Shown here in pieces: positions 25,017 to 37,582 of a stretch of DNA of 64,000 nucleotides. The notes under the pieces are model-generated. The model saw only the letters and a list, made by a program, of their open reading frames with translations. It had not been told where the DNA came from and made no database searches. Source of the DNA: Malacoraja senta (lineage: Eukaryota); the NCBI GenBank assembly GCA_038087875.1, contig CM075990.1, forward strand, positions 5,768,001 to 5,832,000, in the 5' to 3' direction. The position numbers were made by a program, and so were the translations under genes. The first letter of the stretch is position 1. Each line of letters starts with the position of its first letter.

Positions 25017-25603
25017 ACAGTGTGAATGTGCGGGGATTGCTGATCAGCGCGGACTCGGTGGGCCGATGGGCTGTTTCCACGCTGTATCACTAAACTAAAC
25101 AATTATCTTAAACCAACTCTTGATCTCTTGGAGAATTGTTGTAAGTCATCTTGACGAAGGTAAAGTAGTGGCTTGGCGCAATCTGATTGAATGCTACCTT
25201 TGGGTCCCATCTGGGTGAGGAAAATAATCAGGCCAAAATGTACAACTTCAACAGCAAAGGTACATAGATTACAAAGATAAGTGTAAAAGAATATTAACAT
25301 GCACCAATTTCTATGTTCTATATCCTACATTAGATCCACACTTAGTTCCTGTCTTTAAAACATTTAGTATTTTTTTTCACAAAAACATATTTATATTAGA
25401 AGTAATCTTGCTCACTTTAATTGAGCCATTCTGCCAGAAACATTGTTGCAGCATGTCCGTTTTGTTATTGTTAGTTTTGCTCAATACATTCTAATGTGGT
25501 TAGAAGCTGTGGTTTAGAAACAAATCATTTTTTAAATAACATTAATGGAATGAGAGTATCACATTTAATTCCCTTGGAAGGTGTGGACTTTTTTCAATCC
25601 TTA

Positions 25604-25917
25604 CAGTGCCCTCCATAGTGTTTGGGACAAAGACCCATAATTTTATTTATTTGCCTCTGTACTCCACAATTTGAGATTTGTAATAGAAAAAAAATCACAT
25701 GTGGTTAAAGTGCACATTGTCAGATTTTAATAAAGGCCATTTTTACACATTTTGGTTTCACCATGTAGAAATTACAACAGTGTTTATACTTAGCCCCCCC
25801 ATTTCAGGGCACCATAATGTTTAGGACACAGCAATGTCATGTAAATGAAAGTAGTCATGTTTAGTATTTTGTTGCATATCCTTTGCATGCTTGAAGTCTG
25901 CGATTTATGGACATCAC
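25604..25917. mobile_element. Tc1/mariner terminal fragment (single TIR)
   Basis: TA|cagtgccctccatagtgtttgggaca, with an internal direct repeat ccataatgtttaggaca at ~25812 (IR/DR-type end). Confidence 0.7.
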
Positions 25918-26080
25918 AAAAGGTGTAATATGGGCAAATAATTTGCACACAGAATGAACTCAATGGTTTAATTGCTGTTCCAGTAATGTTGGTTGACTGA
26001 TAAATATAGGCCACTACCATGAGGCCTTTTGCATCCACATGAAATTTTACCTGCAAGATTACAAAACTTGCCTAAGTGTT

Positions 26081-26166
26081 CGATACAAAAGGCTGAAGTA
26101 ACTCAGCGGGTCAGACAGCATCTCTGGGGAAAAGGAATAGATGACGTTTTGGGTCGAGACCCTTCT
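26081..26166 (-). mobile_element. 86-bp Penelope-derived insert with 8-bp TSD
   Basis: TAAGTGTT at 26073-26080 and 26167-26174. Minus strand agaagggtctcgacccaaaacgtcatc is a truncated hammerhead core. Confidence 0.75.
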
Positions 26167-26513
26167 TAAGTGTTAAGTATTAACCTAATTTATGTGCTGA
26201 AGTTCCTTGGCTGGAGCATAACACACATGGTCATATATTATGTCAATAAGAAAAGTCAACTCAGGTTTATAGCAGTTAGCTTTTTGTGAATTTTATCGTA
26301 AATCTTATGGCAAACTATTACCTTGTAGGGATTTGGTTTCTGTGTAATGCAAATGGTTTCACAACTAATTTTGAGCCCAAATGATTTTTTTTCTCTTTTC
26401 CAATTATTTGACACTGACAATTAACTTTTTTGAAAGACAGAAATATTTGAGCTTCAATGATTAAACTCAAAGCCCAGCTTTCAATTCCATAAGTGCTAAG
26501 TTTAATATGAGCA

Positions 26514-29374
26514 TTAACAAAGTTAGAGCTGAAGGAACAGGAGGAACTGGGTGCACAAATCTCAATTAAGGAATTAGAAGATACAATAAACTCACTAAAA
26601 AATGGAAAAACACCAGGCCCTGATGGATTTACTAATGAATTTTATAAAAACTTTTATGAAAAAATAATACCAAGATTACAAAAAATGTACCAATACGCTT
26701 TTAAAAAACGAATACTACCTGATACATTAGCGGAATCAACGATTACATTAATACCTAAGAAAAATAAGGATTTAGAAGATCCTGGCTCATATAGAGCTAT
26801 AGCATTGTTAAACACAGATCAAAAAATATTAGCGAAAACATTAGCCAGAAGATTAAGTAAATACATTAGTAAATTAATAAACCCAGATCAGACAGGGTTT
26901 ATCCCTAAGAGATACTCTTCTAATAATATGAGACGTCTACTCAACATAATGCACTCACACAAATCTGAAGATCAAGAATTATCAATTATTTCGCTGGATG
27001 CTGAAAAAGCATTTGATCAAGTAGAATGGAATTATATGGATAAAGTATTACAAAAATTTCAACTGGGAGAGAATTTTATTTTATGGATTAAGTTACTATA
27101 TAACAAACCTACAGCTAGAATACTTACTAATAACATATTATCCTCGAAATTTCAACTATCAAGGGGAAATAGACAAGGATGCTCATTATCACCACAGCTG
27201 TTTGCTCTCATTATTGAACCGCTAGCAGAAAAAATTAGAATACACCCTGATATTCATGGATATAATACTAAAGACTCATATAATAAAATATCTTTATACG
27301 CGGATGATATATTATTGTATATCACAAAACCTCAAATCACTATACCAAATATATTAAATTTAATTGAAGACTTCGGATCTTTTTCTGGATATAGAATAAA
27401 TTGGAATAAAAGTGAAATTATGTCAATAAAACCGAAAGATTCAACACATCTTTTAAAATTCCCTTTTAAAATAGCTACAGAAAAATTTAAATATTTGGGA
27501 ATCGAAATTACCAGAGCATATCAAGGTATGCTCAGGGCAAATTTTGACCCCCTACTTAATAAACTGAATACATTAATTAAATTCTGGAAAACGCTTCCGA
27601 TGTCTTTAATAGGCCGAATAAACGCAATAAAAATGATCTTTTTACCACAAATTTTATACCTATTTCAATCAATTCCTATATACTTACCTAAGAAGTTTTT
27701 TAAAAAACTCGACTCAGATATCACTAATTTTATATGGGACTATAAATCACATAGAATACAAAAAACCCATCTGAATAAATCTAAAGTATTGGGGGGTCTA
27801 GCACTACCCAATTTTATGTATTATTATTGGTCAGTAAATATTAAAAACATGATTCAACTGATGGATAACTCCGCCCAGCAAGTAGACTGGATTGTAATGG
27901 AGAAAGAGGATTGCTCCTCTAGAAACATTGGAGCGATCCTCCTCTCTCCAATGAAATTGAATAACATAAACTATAATAAGAACCCAATTATTCATAGTAC
28001 AATCCGTATTTGGAAACAAATAAAACAAAATTTAAAATTAAGAAACTTATCACTTTTATTACCTATAGTCAATAACCCTTCGTTTAGTCCTTCTATTATA
28101 GATAAAGCTTATACACAATGGGATAGACTAGGAATTAAAACGCTTGGTGACTTGTATGAAACTGGAAAATTACTTTCATTTCAACAATTACAAATAAAAT
28201 ATAAACTCGGAAATAATCAATATTTTAAATACTTTCAAATATGCGACTATTTGAAAAAATATATAAAAGATCATCATAATAACCCAGCAGATGTACTGGA
28301 CGAGGCAATGCAGACAAAAGCGGAATCAGCAAACTTAATATCATATTTGTACAATATTATCTTAAATGTACAAATACCATCTACGGAGGGTATCAGAAGA
28401 GACTGGGAACAAGAGTTAGCCATTAAAATTTCAAAGGAAAGTTGGAATGAATACTTATTAAAAGTACATAAATGCTCGATTAATGTAAGACACACTTTAA
28501 TACAATTTAAAATTTTACATAGATTATATTATTCGAAAACTAAAATTCATAAAATTTTCCCAAACGTATCATCTATTTGTGATAAATGTCAATCCCAAGA
28601 AGCAACTATAGCGCACTCATTTGTCTTCTGTACAAAAATTCAAAAATTTTGGAATGAAATTTTTGAAATCTTTACAAAGTTATTTAAAACAAGACTGATA
28701 CCCAAAGCAGAATGGATTATCTTCGGAATAACGGAAGATGATCCAGAACTAAATGTGTTTCAAAAGAAATTAATGGATTATGGGTTAATAACTGGAAAAA
28801 AGCTAATTCTAAAATTTTGGAAGAAGGCTCCAATACCAACTATAAATATGTGGATTTCAAATATGTTTGAAACACTACACCTTGAAGAGATAAGACTCCT
28901 CCTAGCAGGTAAACCAGATCACTTCCACCTGACGTGGTCTGCATTTATAGAATTATTACAAACATAGGGTGCAAAAGTACTTAAAAAAAATAAAAAATTG
29001 AGGTCGGGTAAGGGGGGATGATAGTTGAAGAGTTGGTATGTCCTATTTACGTGATGCTCAAAAAAAAAACATTTGTTTTTCTTTTTTTCTCTCTCTCTTT
29101 TCTTTTCTTAGGGCCTATTTCTTAACTCCTTTTTTTTTTTTGTCTTTAATTTCGCTTTCATAGGGTCCTCGTCCTTTTTTTTTTTTTTTGTTTGTTGTTA
29201 CATTTTCTACACTTTTCTACACTTGCACTTTTTCCTTCACTTTCTTCTCTCTTTCAATCTTTTCTTTCTTTAGCGTAAAAAAAAAAAAAAATAAAGGGAG
29301 TACATTAATTGTAAGAAGATATAAATGACGAGTATTAATGTATGTGGCTGTGATGTAATGTACTTCTAATAAAT

Positions 29375-29426
<52 letters not shown>
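26514..29426 (+). mobile_element. 5'-truncated L1-clade LINE with poly(A) tail
   Basis: Reading frame open from ~26514 (LTKLELKEQEELGAQ..GKTPGPDGF) to the stop at 28967. T-rich 3' UTR, AATAAA near 29368-29377, long poly(A) to 29426. Confidence 0.95.
26685..28967 (+). CDS. L1 ORF2p C-terminal part (RT and cysteine-rich domain), truncated
   Basis: SLDAEKAFD, RGNRQGCSLSP, LYADD and CDKCQSQEATIAHSFVFC motifs. No stop in 760 aa; homologous to ORF2 at 49285-53076. Confidence 0.9.
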   Translation: MYQYAFKKRILPDTLAESTITLIPKKNKDLEDPGSYRAIALLNTDQKILAKTLARRLSKYISKLINPDQTGFIPKRYSSNNMRRLLNIMHSHKSEDQELSIISLDAEKAFDQVEWNYMDKVLQKFQLGENFILWIKLLYNKPTARILTNNILSSKFQLSRGNRQGCSLSPQLFALIIEPLAEKIRIHPDIHGYNTKDSYNKISLYADDILLYITKPQITIPNILNLIEDFGSFSGYRINWNKSEIMSIKPKDSTHLLKFPFKIATEKFKYLGIEITRAYQGMLRANFDPLLNKLNTLIKFWKTLPMSLIGRINAIKMIFLPQILYLFQSIPIYLPKKFFKKLDSDITNFIWDYKSHRIQKTHLNKSKVLGGLALPNFMYYYWSVNIKNMIQLMDNSAQQVDWIVMEKEDCSSRNIGAILLSPMKLNNINYNKNPIIHSTIRIWKQIKQNLKLRNLSLLLPIVNNPSFSPSIIDKAYTQWDRLGIKTLGDLYETGKLLSFQQLQIKYKLGNNQYFKYFQICDYLKKYIKDHHNNPADVLDEAMQTKAESANLISYLYNIILNVQIPSTEGIRRDWEQELAIKISKESWNEYLLKVHKCSINVRHTLIQFKILHRLYYSKTKIHKIFPNVSSICDKCQSQEATIAHSFVFCTKIQKFWNEIFEIFTKLFKTRLIPKAEWIIFGITEDDPELNVFQKKLMDYGLITGKKLILKFWKKAPIPTINMWISNMFETLHLEEIRLLLAGKPDHFHLTWSAFIELLQT

Positions 29427-29427
<1 letters not shown>

Positions 29428-29893
29428 ATGATTCTAATGAATTCTTTAGGAAATATGTTTATTTTTTGTACATGCCACCTAGACTTGAGGATTCTGTTGG
29501 TCTCGGCCTGTTACAGAAATCATAAGAATACATTTTGTTTGGACCATCTTTGCAGGTGAACATTGTTTAGAGAGTTAAATAAACCAAATATTCCAGTGAC
29601 ATTAAAAATAAATACTAACCTAAATTATTAATGGATTGGTGCTGCAGACTCCAATGCTCAATTCTCTGTGGCATGTTCTGATTGTTTACGTTTCAAGTAG
29701 GGTGCATAGTCAGTGGGCTAGTCAAAACTCTGCCAGACCTGCAGAGTTTGTGATTGGTTGACTAATCCTTTGGAGGTTGATTCATTCACGGTTTATTGCG
29801 TATGAAAGTCATGGTTTACTGTTCACCACATTGTGCTTAAACATATTCACCGTGTTGAAGTCTATTCTGTGGAACAATATAATCTATGGTCAT

Positions 29894-29988
29894 AGGTAGA
29901 CACAATGCTGGAGTAACTCAGCGGGACAGGCAGCATCTCTGGAGAGAAGGAATGGGTGACATTTCGGGTCGAGACCCTTCTTCAGACT
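29894..29988 (-). mobile_element. ~95-bp Penelope-derived insert with hammerhead motif
   Basis: Minus strand agtCTGAAGAagggtctcgacccGAAAtgtcacc...gagttactccagcattgtgtctacct. Flanked by (at)ctatggtc repeats at 29882-29891, 29987-29994 and 29997-30006. Confidence 0.8.
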
Positions 29989-32039
29989 ATGGTCTGATCT
30001 ATGGTCTATTATAGTCTATTAAAGAAAATGGGGGTGAGGGGTCGTTCCCTCCAACAAGCAATCAAGTCATTATCAAATTCTGCAGCAAAAAGCAGCAATT
30101 GGATTTGGATCAAAAGGAGAGACGAAGAGACATTTGCAAGATGAAGACAGGAGGGTATGGAATTGAGGGGGGTGTAACTGGGACGCCAGATATCACCGTT
30201 TAGCCTTCTGGAGATGTTGTGGGCGTGTCAATGAAACGTCAAAGAAGGAGGGTGCCCACCTGATGCCCCGATGACGTACCTACCCTATCTTTCACCACTC
30301 CAATCCCACTGCAAATAGCAAGAGTTCCGACTTATTACAGGGATTGAAACATCAAGTCCTATTAGCTCTACTATGGTCTTTATAGTCTTTAATACTGATT
30401 TGCTTTTGAGAGTATTGTTCAATTTCAAATTAAGTTTGCTTATGTATATCTTCATAATATATTCTTACCAGAAAGTTGTTTAAAAGCCCTGCTGAATTTG
30501 AGCACATAATTTAATCATATTCTGATGGCTTAAAAACATTCAAGATTTGCATAAATATCTGAAAGGGAATGGACAAGGCATGGTTTTAATTGAATAGTGA
30601 GACTAATGTTCCAGATGGCCACCCTTGCCATATTATTCCATGATTCTGTCCAATTTATTTCTTAATCCTGGACATTTTACGTAATTTACTGGCAATTAGT
30701 GTGGTAGTTTATTGCAAAATGTATTTTTGGTTCTGTATTCTTGGAGGGTATCTGCCTCATGTTTTACTAATTTACCATATGAATGGTTCACATTTCTATC
30801 TGTGCGAGTCAATGGCTGAGGTCGAATGGAGTTAACATTTTAAAAGGGCATGCTATGGCGAAAGATTGGATCTCAAGTTTATATTGGTTCTACTAAATAT
30901 TCGGATCTCAAGCACTGTTTATGGGCCCTGCTGTTCAGCATGGGTAACTATCATGGAGAAAATGGAAAGATTGCATGCAAGCAAAATTGGAAAATAACAG
31001 CATTAGAATGAGAGCAGAGAAGTTCACATATGTTCCTGATAAACACAAAAACAGTGGTCATTGTTATAGGATGGGGGGAGAAGTGCTGGCGGTATGCTAT
31101 TAGTTATTGGGTAAAGAAAGTGTATGACTGCTAACACTGGCACATATTCTGGTGCTTGCACAATCCAATTGTTTGGTGTCATGTGAGCACTGTTCTAAGT
31201 GGAAATTTAGAATAAACAGCTGCTGCAACGGTTGTCTGAAACAATTTATTCTGAAATTATTAGAAATGCCATTTTTATGAAGACAATAGTCAATGGTATA
31301 AGGAATGTATTTTCATAACACTAAAGGTGTCCTATCACAGTGAAAATCCATTTAATTTCTAGTCACCTCTGGCTGCTTTGTGTGAAACATACATTCTCCT
31401 AAAATCAGCTCAGTAAATTTTTCAGTGCATTGATGGAAGCCGAATCCTTTTGGATAGCGTGCTAGATTAGATTTGTCAGTCATTGATATGCACAGTGCTC
31501 CAAAGCAGTTATTCAGAACGAAACATAGTTCAAAAGTATTAGAAAAAAAAATGCAAAGGGCAAAACAGAACAGTTCAAATCAGATAAGATGTGATGCAAT
31601 GCAATCTGAAAACCATCCAGCTATTGCAGCATGTGAAATTCATGGATTTACTTGTAGTGGCATGAATTCAGTATTTTTTCAACAGAATAGTAAAATCCAC
31701 ACTGTGAAAAGTGGCAGTATATAATTTTAAAGTTTTTCAATAAAAAACAAATCTGATATTGCTCCGACCACATTCATTAAGAGTTTTTAAAACGGCATCT
31801 TTCACATTTTAGTACTGAACTTTACATTAATGATAGAATCATTACAAAGTTTCCAGATGTTTATGTTATGGATATATTTGCTTGGATGTCCTTTAAATGC
31901 TTATAATAACTTACAGTGAGTATCAGAATATGAACGTTTTTCGTGATCAAGCTTGTTATTGATTTAATGGACTGTTATAATCTGATTTTTTTTTGTGTGA
32001 GACCATAGAATTTACTGAACCTATTTTAGCAGAATGAGT

Positions 32040-32670
32040 GGTGATTGCATTGAATCATTGAAAATTCTTACTGGGCTTGACATTGTAGATGGAACGTATA
32101 TTTTCCTTGGCTTGTGTGTCTCGAACCAGGGCTCACAACCTTAAATTAGGTGGTGATTTAAGATCAAGTATAAAAGTCTTTAGTCAGGTTAGCTAGTCTT
32201 TCAAATTCTCTACCCATGGAAAATGTGGAGGTTCAGTCTCTGAGTATTTAGTTTAGATTAGAGATACAGCGCAGAAACAGGCCCTTCGGCCCAATGAGTC
32301 CATGCCGACCAGCGATCTCCGCACACTTACACTATCCTACACACACTCGGGACAATTTACAATTATACCAAGACAATTAACTTACAAACCTGTATGTCTT
32401 TATAGTGTGGGAGGAAACTGGAGATCCCGCAGAAAACCCACGCAGGTCACGGAGATCACGGAGAGAATGAACAAACTCCATACAGACAAGCAGCCGTAGT
32501 CAGGATTGAACCTGGGTCTCTGACGCTCTGGCAGCAAATCTACCGCTGCACCTCCATGCCGCCCAAATATATTTAATTCAGATTTGTGGAGAAACTGGCA
32601 CTGAGTTAAAGGATCTTGTTGAATAACGGAACAAGAACAAGGTGCTGAATGGCCATCTACTTCCATTTCT
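32040..32670 (+). mobile_element. Old CR1 3' fragment interrupted by a SINE
   Basis: ggtgattgcattgaa...aaaattcttactgggcttgac...gtctcgaaccagggctcaca. Resumes after 32565 with gctgaatggcc.tctacttcc. Confidence 0.55.
32247..32564 (-). mobile_element. HE1-like V-SINE
   Basis: Reverse complement of the 4563-4855 family, with a near-complete head (gggcggcatggaggtgcagcggtaga). Confidence 0.85.
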
Positions 32671-34344
32671 TTTGTTCTGAAATAACATATTGACATCCCT
32701 GAACCAAATTGCTATAAAGGTTTCTACAGAAAAATAGGATATCATTTTATAAATTGTATTATCAGGGTGTTGGAGGGAATTTTGTGTTATACCTGTACCA
32801 TGAATCTGGCTTTACTAGGGGCCCCGCTCAGATAGGAACAAACACAAAATAAAACATCTCAAAGATCAGTGGTGAATTTCTCGAACAAGTCGGCTTATTA
32901 AAGGCCTTGACAGTGCGCACTGGTAGAAATACTCTGAGAAAACCCAAAGTGTGGATGGTGAGTGGGGGAACCTGGGCCCTGATAATTATTTGTTGAGTAC
33001 AACAAATGGGACCCCATCAAGCAGCCACTAAGCACTGCACCCGAGTCTCGGGAGCAAGAGAACCAGGTACCTGAAGAACAGGAAGGGAGCATGGGGACCT
33101 AGACCATGGAAGTCAACAGGGTGACCTAATGAGAAGGAAGGCAGCATAGGTACTGGGGTCCCAGAAAGTAGAAGACAAGGGCAGGAACAGGGGCCTTGAG
33201 TAGAAATTGCCAACCTCATCTAATAAGTCAGATGCCAAACCATCAGAATATCCAAGGGATGGATGCTCAGATTTTATTCTTTCTCAGGTGGAAATAGCAT
33301 TTAGCTTTCTCAGAAAAGAAAAAAAAATCTTTCTCAGGATTCATGTGCAATGTTACTTACACTGCTTCTGGGATATCACTTTAGTAATGTCAAGTTTTAT
33401 TTTTAATATTGCAGGATACATTTAAGAAGTCTCAAGGTTATCATCTATGATGCAGTTATGCTTTTCCTTGAAGCCACAGTAGGGAAAAGGCAAGTTTTAC
33501 AGTTAAATTTGTGAATTACTGATGTAGAACTTCAGCGTTTTTGGCAGTACTTTTGGCAAAGCAAGTCAGAGCACTGATGGGTGAAAAGTTCAGTGCTAAA
33601 TTCCTTTGATTCTGGGATAGCTAAAAATTAGCCTGAGGGATTTCCCCTTTTCTGAAATTCTGGAAATTGTTAAGAATCGCTGCTTCCACAGAGCTTTAGA
33701 AGACCCAGATTCATGATTGTTCAAAGATTACCTGGCAGTATGAAAATGAAAGCCTATCTTGCAGCATTTGTGTATAAACCAGTTTGTTTAGCCTGAAAGT
33801 TTGTGAATCGATTGAATCGCGAGGTAGGGCAAGTTATTCCATGAAGATTATTAAGATAGACTGTTAAGTCAGGAGGATAGACAGTTACAGGAATCACAAG
33901 CCCATTACCCTTTCTCAGAGGAATCTTTCGCCATTAACATTATTTTGGATCTGTGTCAATGAGTTACAGACTTTATCTCTGTTGCATGGTAAATCATATC
34001 GGCTTATTCAGCATCAATGTATTTGAAAATACTTCTGCAAGTTACAGTATTTGAATCCATGAGATTTCATGAAATTGACTGTAGAGATGATGATATTTAC
34101 TGCAAGTATAAATCAAAACTTAAAAAAAAGGTTTTGCTAGTGAATGACACTATAATAGTAGATGAGCTGCTCCTCCACCCAGAGAGTGCGCAGGATATGT
34201 GAATATTGCAACGTTCCATTGTGTTCCACTGTCACTGACAGCATACCATCTGTCAAAACACAACTCACTTTTTCCATTTCAAACTCAAAACTTCAATTTT
34301 ATTCCGGTAATTGATAAAACAAATGCGAATGAACCCGGAGATGT

Positions 34345-34995
34345 CTAGATTAACACATGATGAACGTTTGATGGATCTGGGCCTGTACTCACTGGAGTAT
34401 AGGAGGGTGAGTGGATAGAGTGGATGTGGAGAGGATGTTTCCATTAGTGGAGAGTCTCAGAGCAGAGGATACAGCCTTAGAAGGAAAGGGCATACATTTA
34501 GAAAGGAAATGAGCAGGAATTTGTTTAGTCAGAAGGTGGTGAATCTGTGGAATTCATTGCCACCAACTGCTGAGGAACTCAAGTCTTTGGGTATTTTTAA
34601 ATCAGAAATTTATAGGTTCTTGATTAGTAAGAGGATCAAAGGTCAGAGACGAGGAACTTTTTCTCACAGATAGTGGTGAGTCTGTGGAATTCTCTGCCTC
34701 AGAGGGCGGTGGAGGCAGGTTCCCTGGATGCTTTTAAGAGAGAGCTAGATAAGGCTCTTAAAAATAGTGGAGTCAGAGGATATCGGGAGAAGGCAGGAAC
34801 GGGGTACTGATTGGGGATGATCGGCCATGATCACATTGAATGGCGGTGCTGGCTCGAAGGGTCGAATGGCCTACTCCTGCACCTATTGTCTATTGTTATG
34901 GGGAGAAGGCAGAGAAATATGGTCAGAGGGAAAGATAGATCATTCACGATTCAATGGTGGAACAGACTAATTCTGCTCCTATATCTTTGAACTGA
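34345..34995 (+). mobile_element. Older CR1 3' end containing a younger CR1 3' end (~34643-34894)
   Basis: The older copy breaks at ggatcaaaggt and resumes at gttatggggagaaggcag. The inner copy is nearly identical to 1262-1510. Confidence 0.8.
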
Positions 34996-36313
34996 TGAAC
35001 AAATCCTTGTGTATTCTTCCATGAGGTGAAACCATTCTGTTGATTCTTTGTAAGCTGTGACAATCTTTTTGTTTAGTGTTTAAAGCTTCATTTGAACACA
35101 GTGTTTTGCACGCAACTAATGAGCAGTTTTCTTCTAATCTATTTTGGCTAAATGTGAACTACATATTTAATGGAAGCAATCTGTAGCCCACCTCTGAGAG
35201 TTTCAGATTCTTTCTGCACATTTTGCAAGATTTTCTTCTCGCAGGCAACTGTTGTCTAACATGTGTACAGTTTATGTCTCTGTGCAGTTATATTGCAGGT
35301 TGATATGAGCCTGTTTGGTGTTACAATCTTTGTTAACGTTGAATTATTTTTGGCACTGCAATTTTTCCATTACATATCAAACATTAATTCAGCCCTCTTT
35401 CTTCAACAAAGCAGCATTTTTCTGTGCATCACTTGTTATTTCACTATTTTCCATCTATGTTTAGCTGCTTTATCACCACCATGAGCATTTTGCTTCATTT
35501 ATTTCACCAGTTCTTGCACTCTTTTTCATGGTTCTTTTATTCCCGTGGTCTTTGCTGACCATGCTGCCTCTGTGTTGCTCTTGTTTCTCTCCAGCTTGTA
35601 GTGTGCTCTTCACCCTTCTCTGGCTTTGGTGCTTGTGGTACCACTTTGTCATTTCCGGTACACAATCCAACATTGTCAACAACGTTGTTATCTCCTGTAA
35701 ACCTTTTATTACTCCTTTGATCGAATAATAGTGCTCACCTGCTTGGAACACATCGTGGCACTGAGGTGGAATGGATGTAACCATTGGGGTCTCTGCAGTG
35801 TACATAGGTCATAAAATCAACAAGTTTACCGAAGGGATATATCGTGTGACTAATTTGCGATAAAAATCAGACGCAGATTACTGATATTCATAGATACGGG
35901 CTTTGTCTTTGATACTTATTAATATCATTAAATAACCACTACTAAGCAGGTAAATTTTAGTCTCTTAAATTTTGTCATCTAAATTAAATTATGAGAATGA
36001 GTAAGAATGTATAGAGAGAAATCTCCTTTTCACAGTGTATTTATGGAACAGCTGCTTGTGTCAAATTATTCAGTCTCAATTGACAACTATTAATAGTAAG
36101 ATTAAATGAGAACTTACCAGTTTGAAGTTTGATCTTTATTTTATGAGGAGTTACGATGAGGGATTACGTGAAGAGCCCGTCAGCAAGCATGCGCGTCAAC
36201 CTTCAAAGCAGCGGTGTGGAGTCACAGACAGCAAACATTGACCTGAGAATAATAAGATTCGAGAAACTAGAACTACCAGCTAAGTTTTATGAGGAGGGGT
36301 TGGGAGCGGAGGG

Positions 36314-36426
36314 CACGTAATCCCTCATCATAACTCCTCATAAAATAAAGATCAAACTTCAAACTGGTAAGTTCTCATTTAATCTTACTATTTTACTTCG
36401 GAGTCACGTGAGTGACTACGTGAAGA
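36314..36426. repeat. DIRS internal complementary region (ICR)
   Basis: 36314-36392 is the reverse complement of 36092-36170 (1 mismatch). 36391-36426 is the reverse complement of 40897-40932 (1 mismatch). Confidence 0.92.
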
Positions 36427-36598
36427 TTTTAAAGCTCTGTGACTTCATGCCGTGGAACGAGTCCATGCGTCACACACTGTATAGTTGACCAATGGAGAGT
36501 GGACAAAAAAAGACTGTTCAGTCATGACATAAATGAAACAAGTTGACAATTTAATGTACAAAGGAAACAACAATAGTCACCTCTCTACCCGAGAGGGA

Positions 36599-37582
36599 CT
36601 ATAAACCCAAACTTAAAACTGAGTTCGCAAACACGCTCGGTCTGGCTAAGGGTTTGTTATAGAACGTCTGAAACGTGCGTTCTGAGGACCATCCTGCGGC
36701 TGATAAAATCTGGTCTAGCGGGACATCCATGACCCTCGCTGCGGACGTAGCTGCAGCCCTGGTGGAATGAGATTTAAACATTTCAGTATCAACCCCAGCA
36801 TCTGCCAGAACCTGTTTCAGCCACCTGGAAATGGTCTGAGCTGAAACCCTCTTATGCGGTTTCTTGAGGCTGACCAATAATGCTAACTCAGACCCCCTAA
36901 GCCCCTTGGTGATCTTGATGTATTGCTGGAGGTGAGCAACTACACATAATTTGGGATCCAAAGGGTATGCCATGAACTGTAACTTAAGACCCGAAGTATC
37001 TGGTCTACTCTGTTTAATAGCGTCGTACACAAAAAAGGTGATACCACTGGCAGAGGTGAGCATCCTGTCCAGACGTAGCTTCTGCAATGACTGGACCCTT
37101 TGAGCTGACACTAAAGCCATGAGCATGGCCACCTTGTGCGTGAGCCGGAGTAGAGACAGGGATGTAACTGGAGACCATGAGCGAAGTAGAGTTAGGACCA
37201 CCCCTACATACCAAATTTCAGTGTAGCTGGGCCTAGGAGGGTTCGAATTGAAGACTCCCCTCATGAACCTCGATACTAAAGGGTGAGACCCCACAGACTG
37301 GTGTTCTGAACTCGGCAGCAAGTATAACGACAGCGCACTTCTGGCACAATTTAGAGAACTATAGCTTAATTTCTCATCGAAATGCAATTTCGAGAGGAAC
37401 TCCAAAACATCCGTAATGTGCGCTGCGTAATACGAGATATCGGACTGCGCACTGAACACTTTCCATTTCCTTATGTATGAGGCATACTGTTTTTGGGTAC
37501 TGTTTCTCCAGTCCGCAGTTAGCACATCCACCGTACGATCAGCTAGTCCAAGTCCGAGGAAAGGTCTTCTCAAAACCTGCAA
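36599..37582 (-). CDS. DIRS tyrosine recombinase (uninterrupted, no 5' ATG)
   Basis: 327 aa with the catalytic set R (SAQRVQ), K (IKQSRP), HxxR (SHSTRA), W (AAGWSS) and Y (TFQTFY). The N-terminal SAM-like part reads STQKQYASYIRKW. The listed start codon is TTG. Confidence 0.9.
   Translation of the reverse strand: MQVLRRPFLGLGLADRTVDVLTADWRNSTQKQYASYIRKWKVFSAQSDISYYAAHITDVLEFLSKLHFDEKLSYSSLNCARSALSLYLLPSSEHQSVGSHPLVSRFMRGVFNSNPPRPSYTEIWYVGVVLTLLRSWSPVTSLSLLRLTHKVAMLMALVSAQRVQSLQKLRLDRMLTSASGITFFVYDAIKQSRPDTSGLKLQFMAYPLDPKLCVVAHLQQYIKITKGLRGSELALLVSLKKPHKRVSAQTISRWLKQVLADAGVDTEMFKSHSTRAAATSAARVMDVPLDQILSAAGWSSERTFQTFYNKPLARPSVFANSVLSLGL

Larger units (their letters stand above)
24259..25100 (+). 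mobile_element. HE1-like SINE interrupted by two younger inserts
   Basis: Head cagtggcgcagtggtagagtagctgccttacag..ccagagacccggg at 24259-24332; continuation at 24754-24824; tail gtgcggggattgctg...gggccgatgggctgtttccacgctgtatcactaaactaaac at 25020-25100. Confidence 0.85.

Noticed and set aside
35473..35805. 110-aa minus-strand ORF
   Set aside because: No recognisable motif. Probably a chance ORF or unrecognisably decayed TE.
36599..37582. Tyrosine recombinase as phage integrase or bacterial contamination
   Set aside because: It is embedded in a DIRS element with RT, ITRs and ICR, inside a vertebrate intron.
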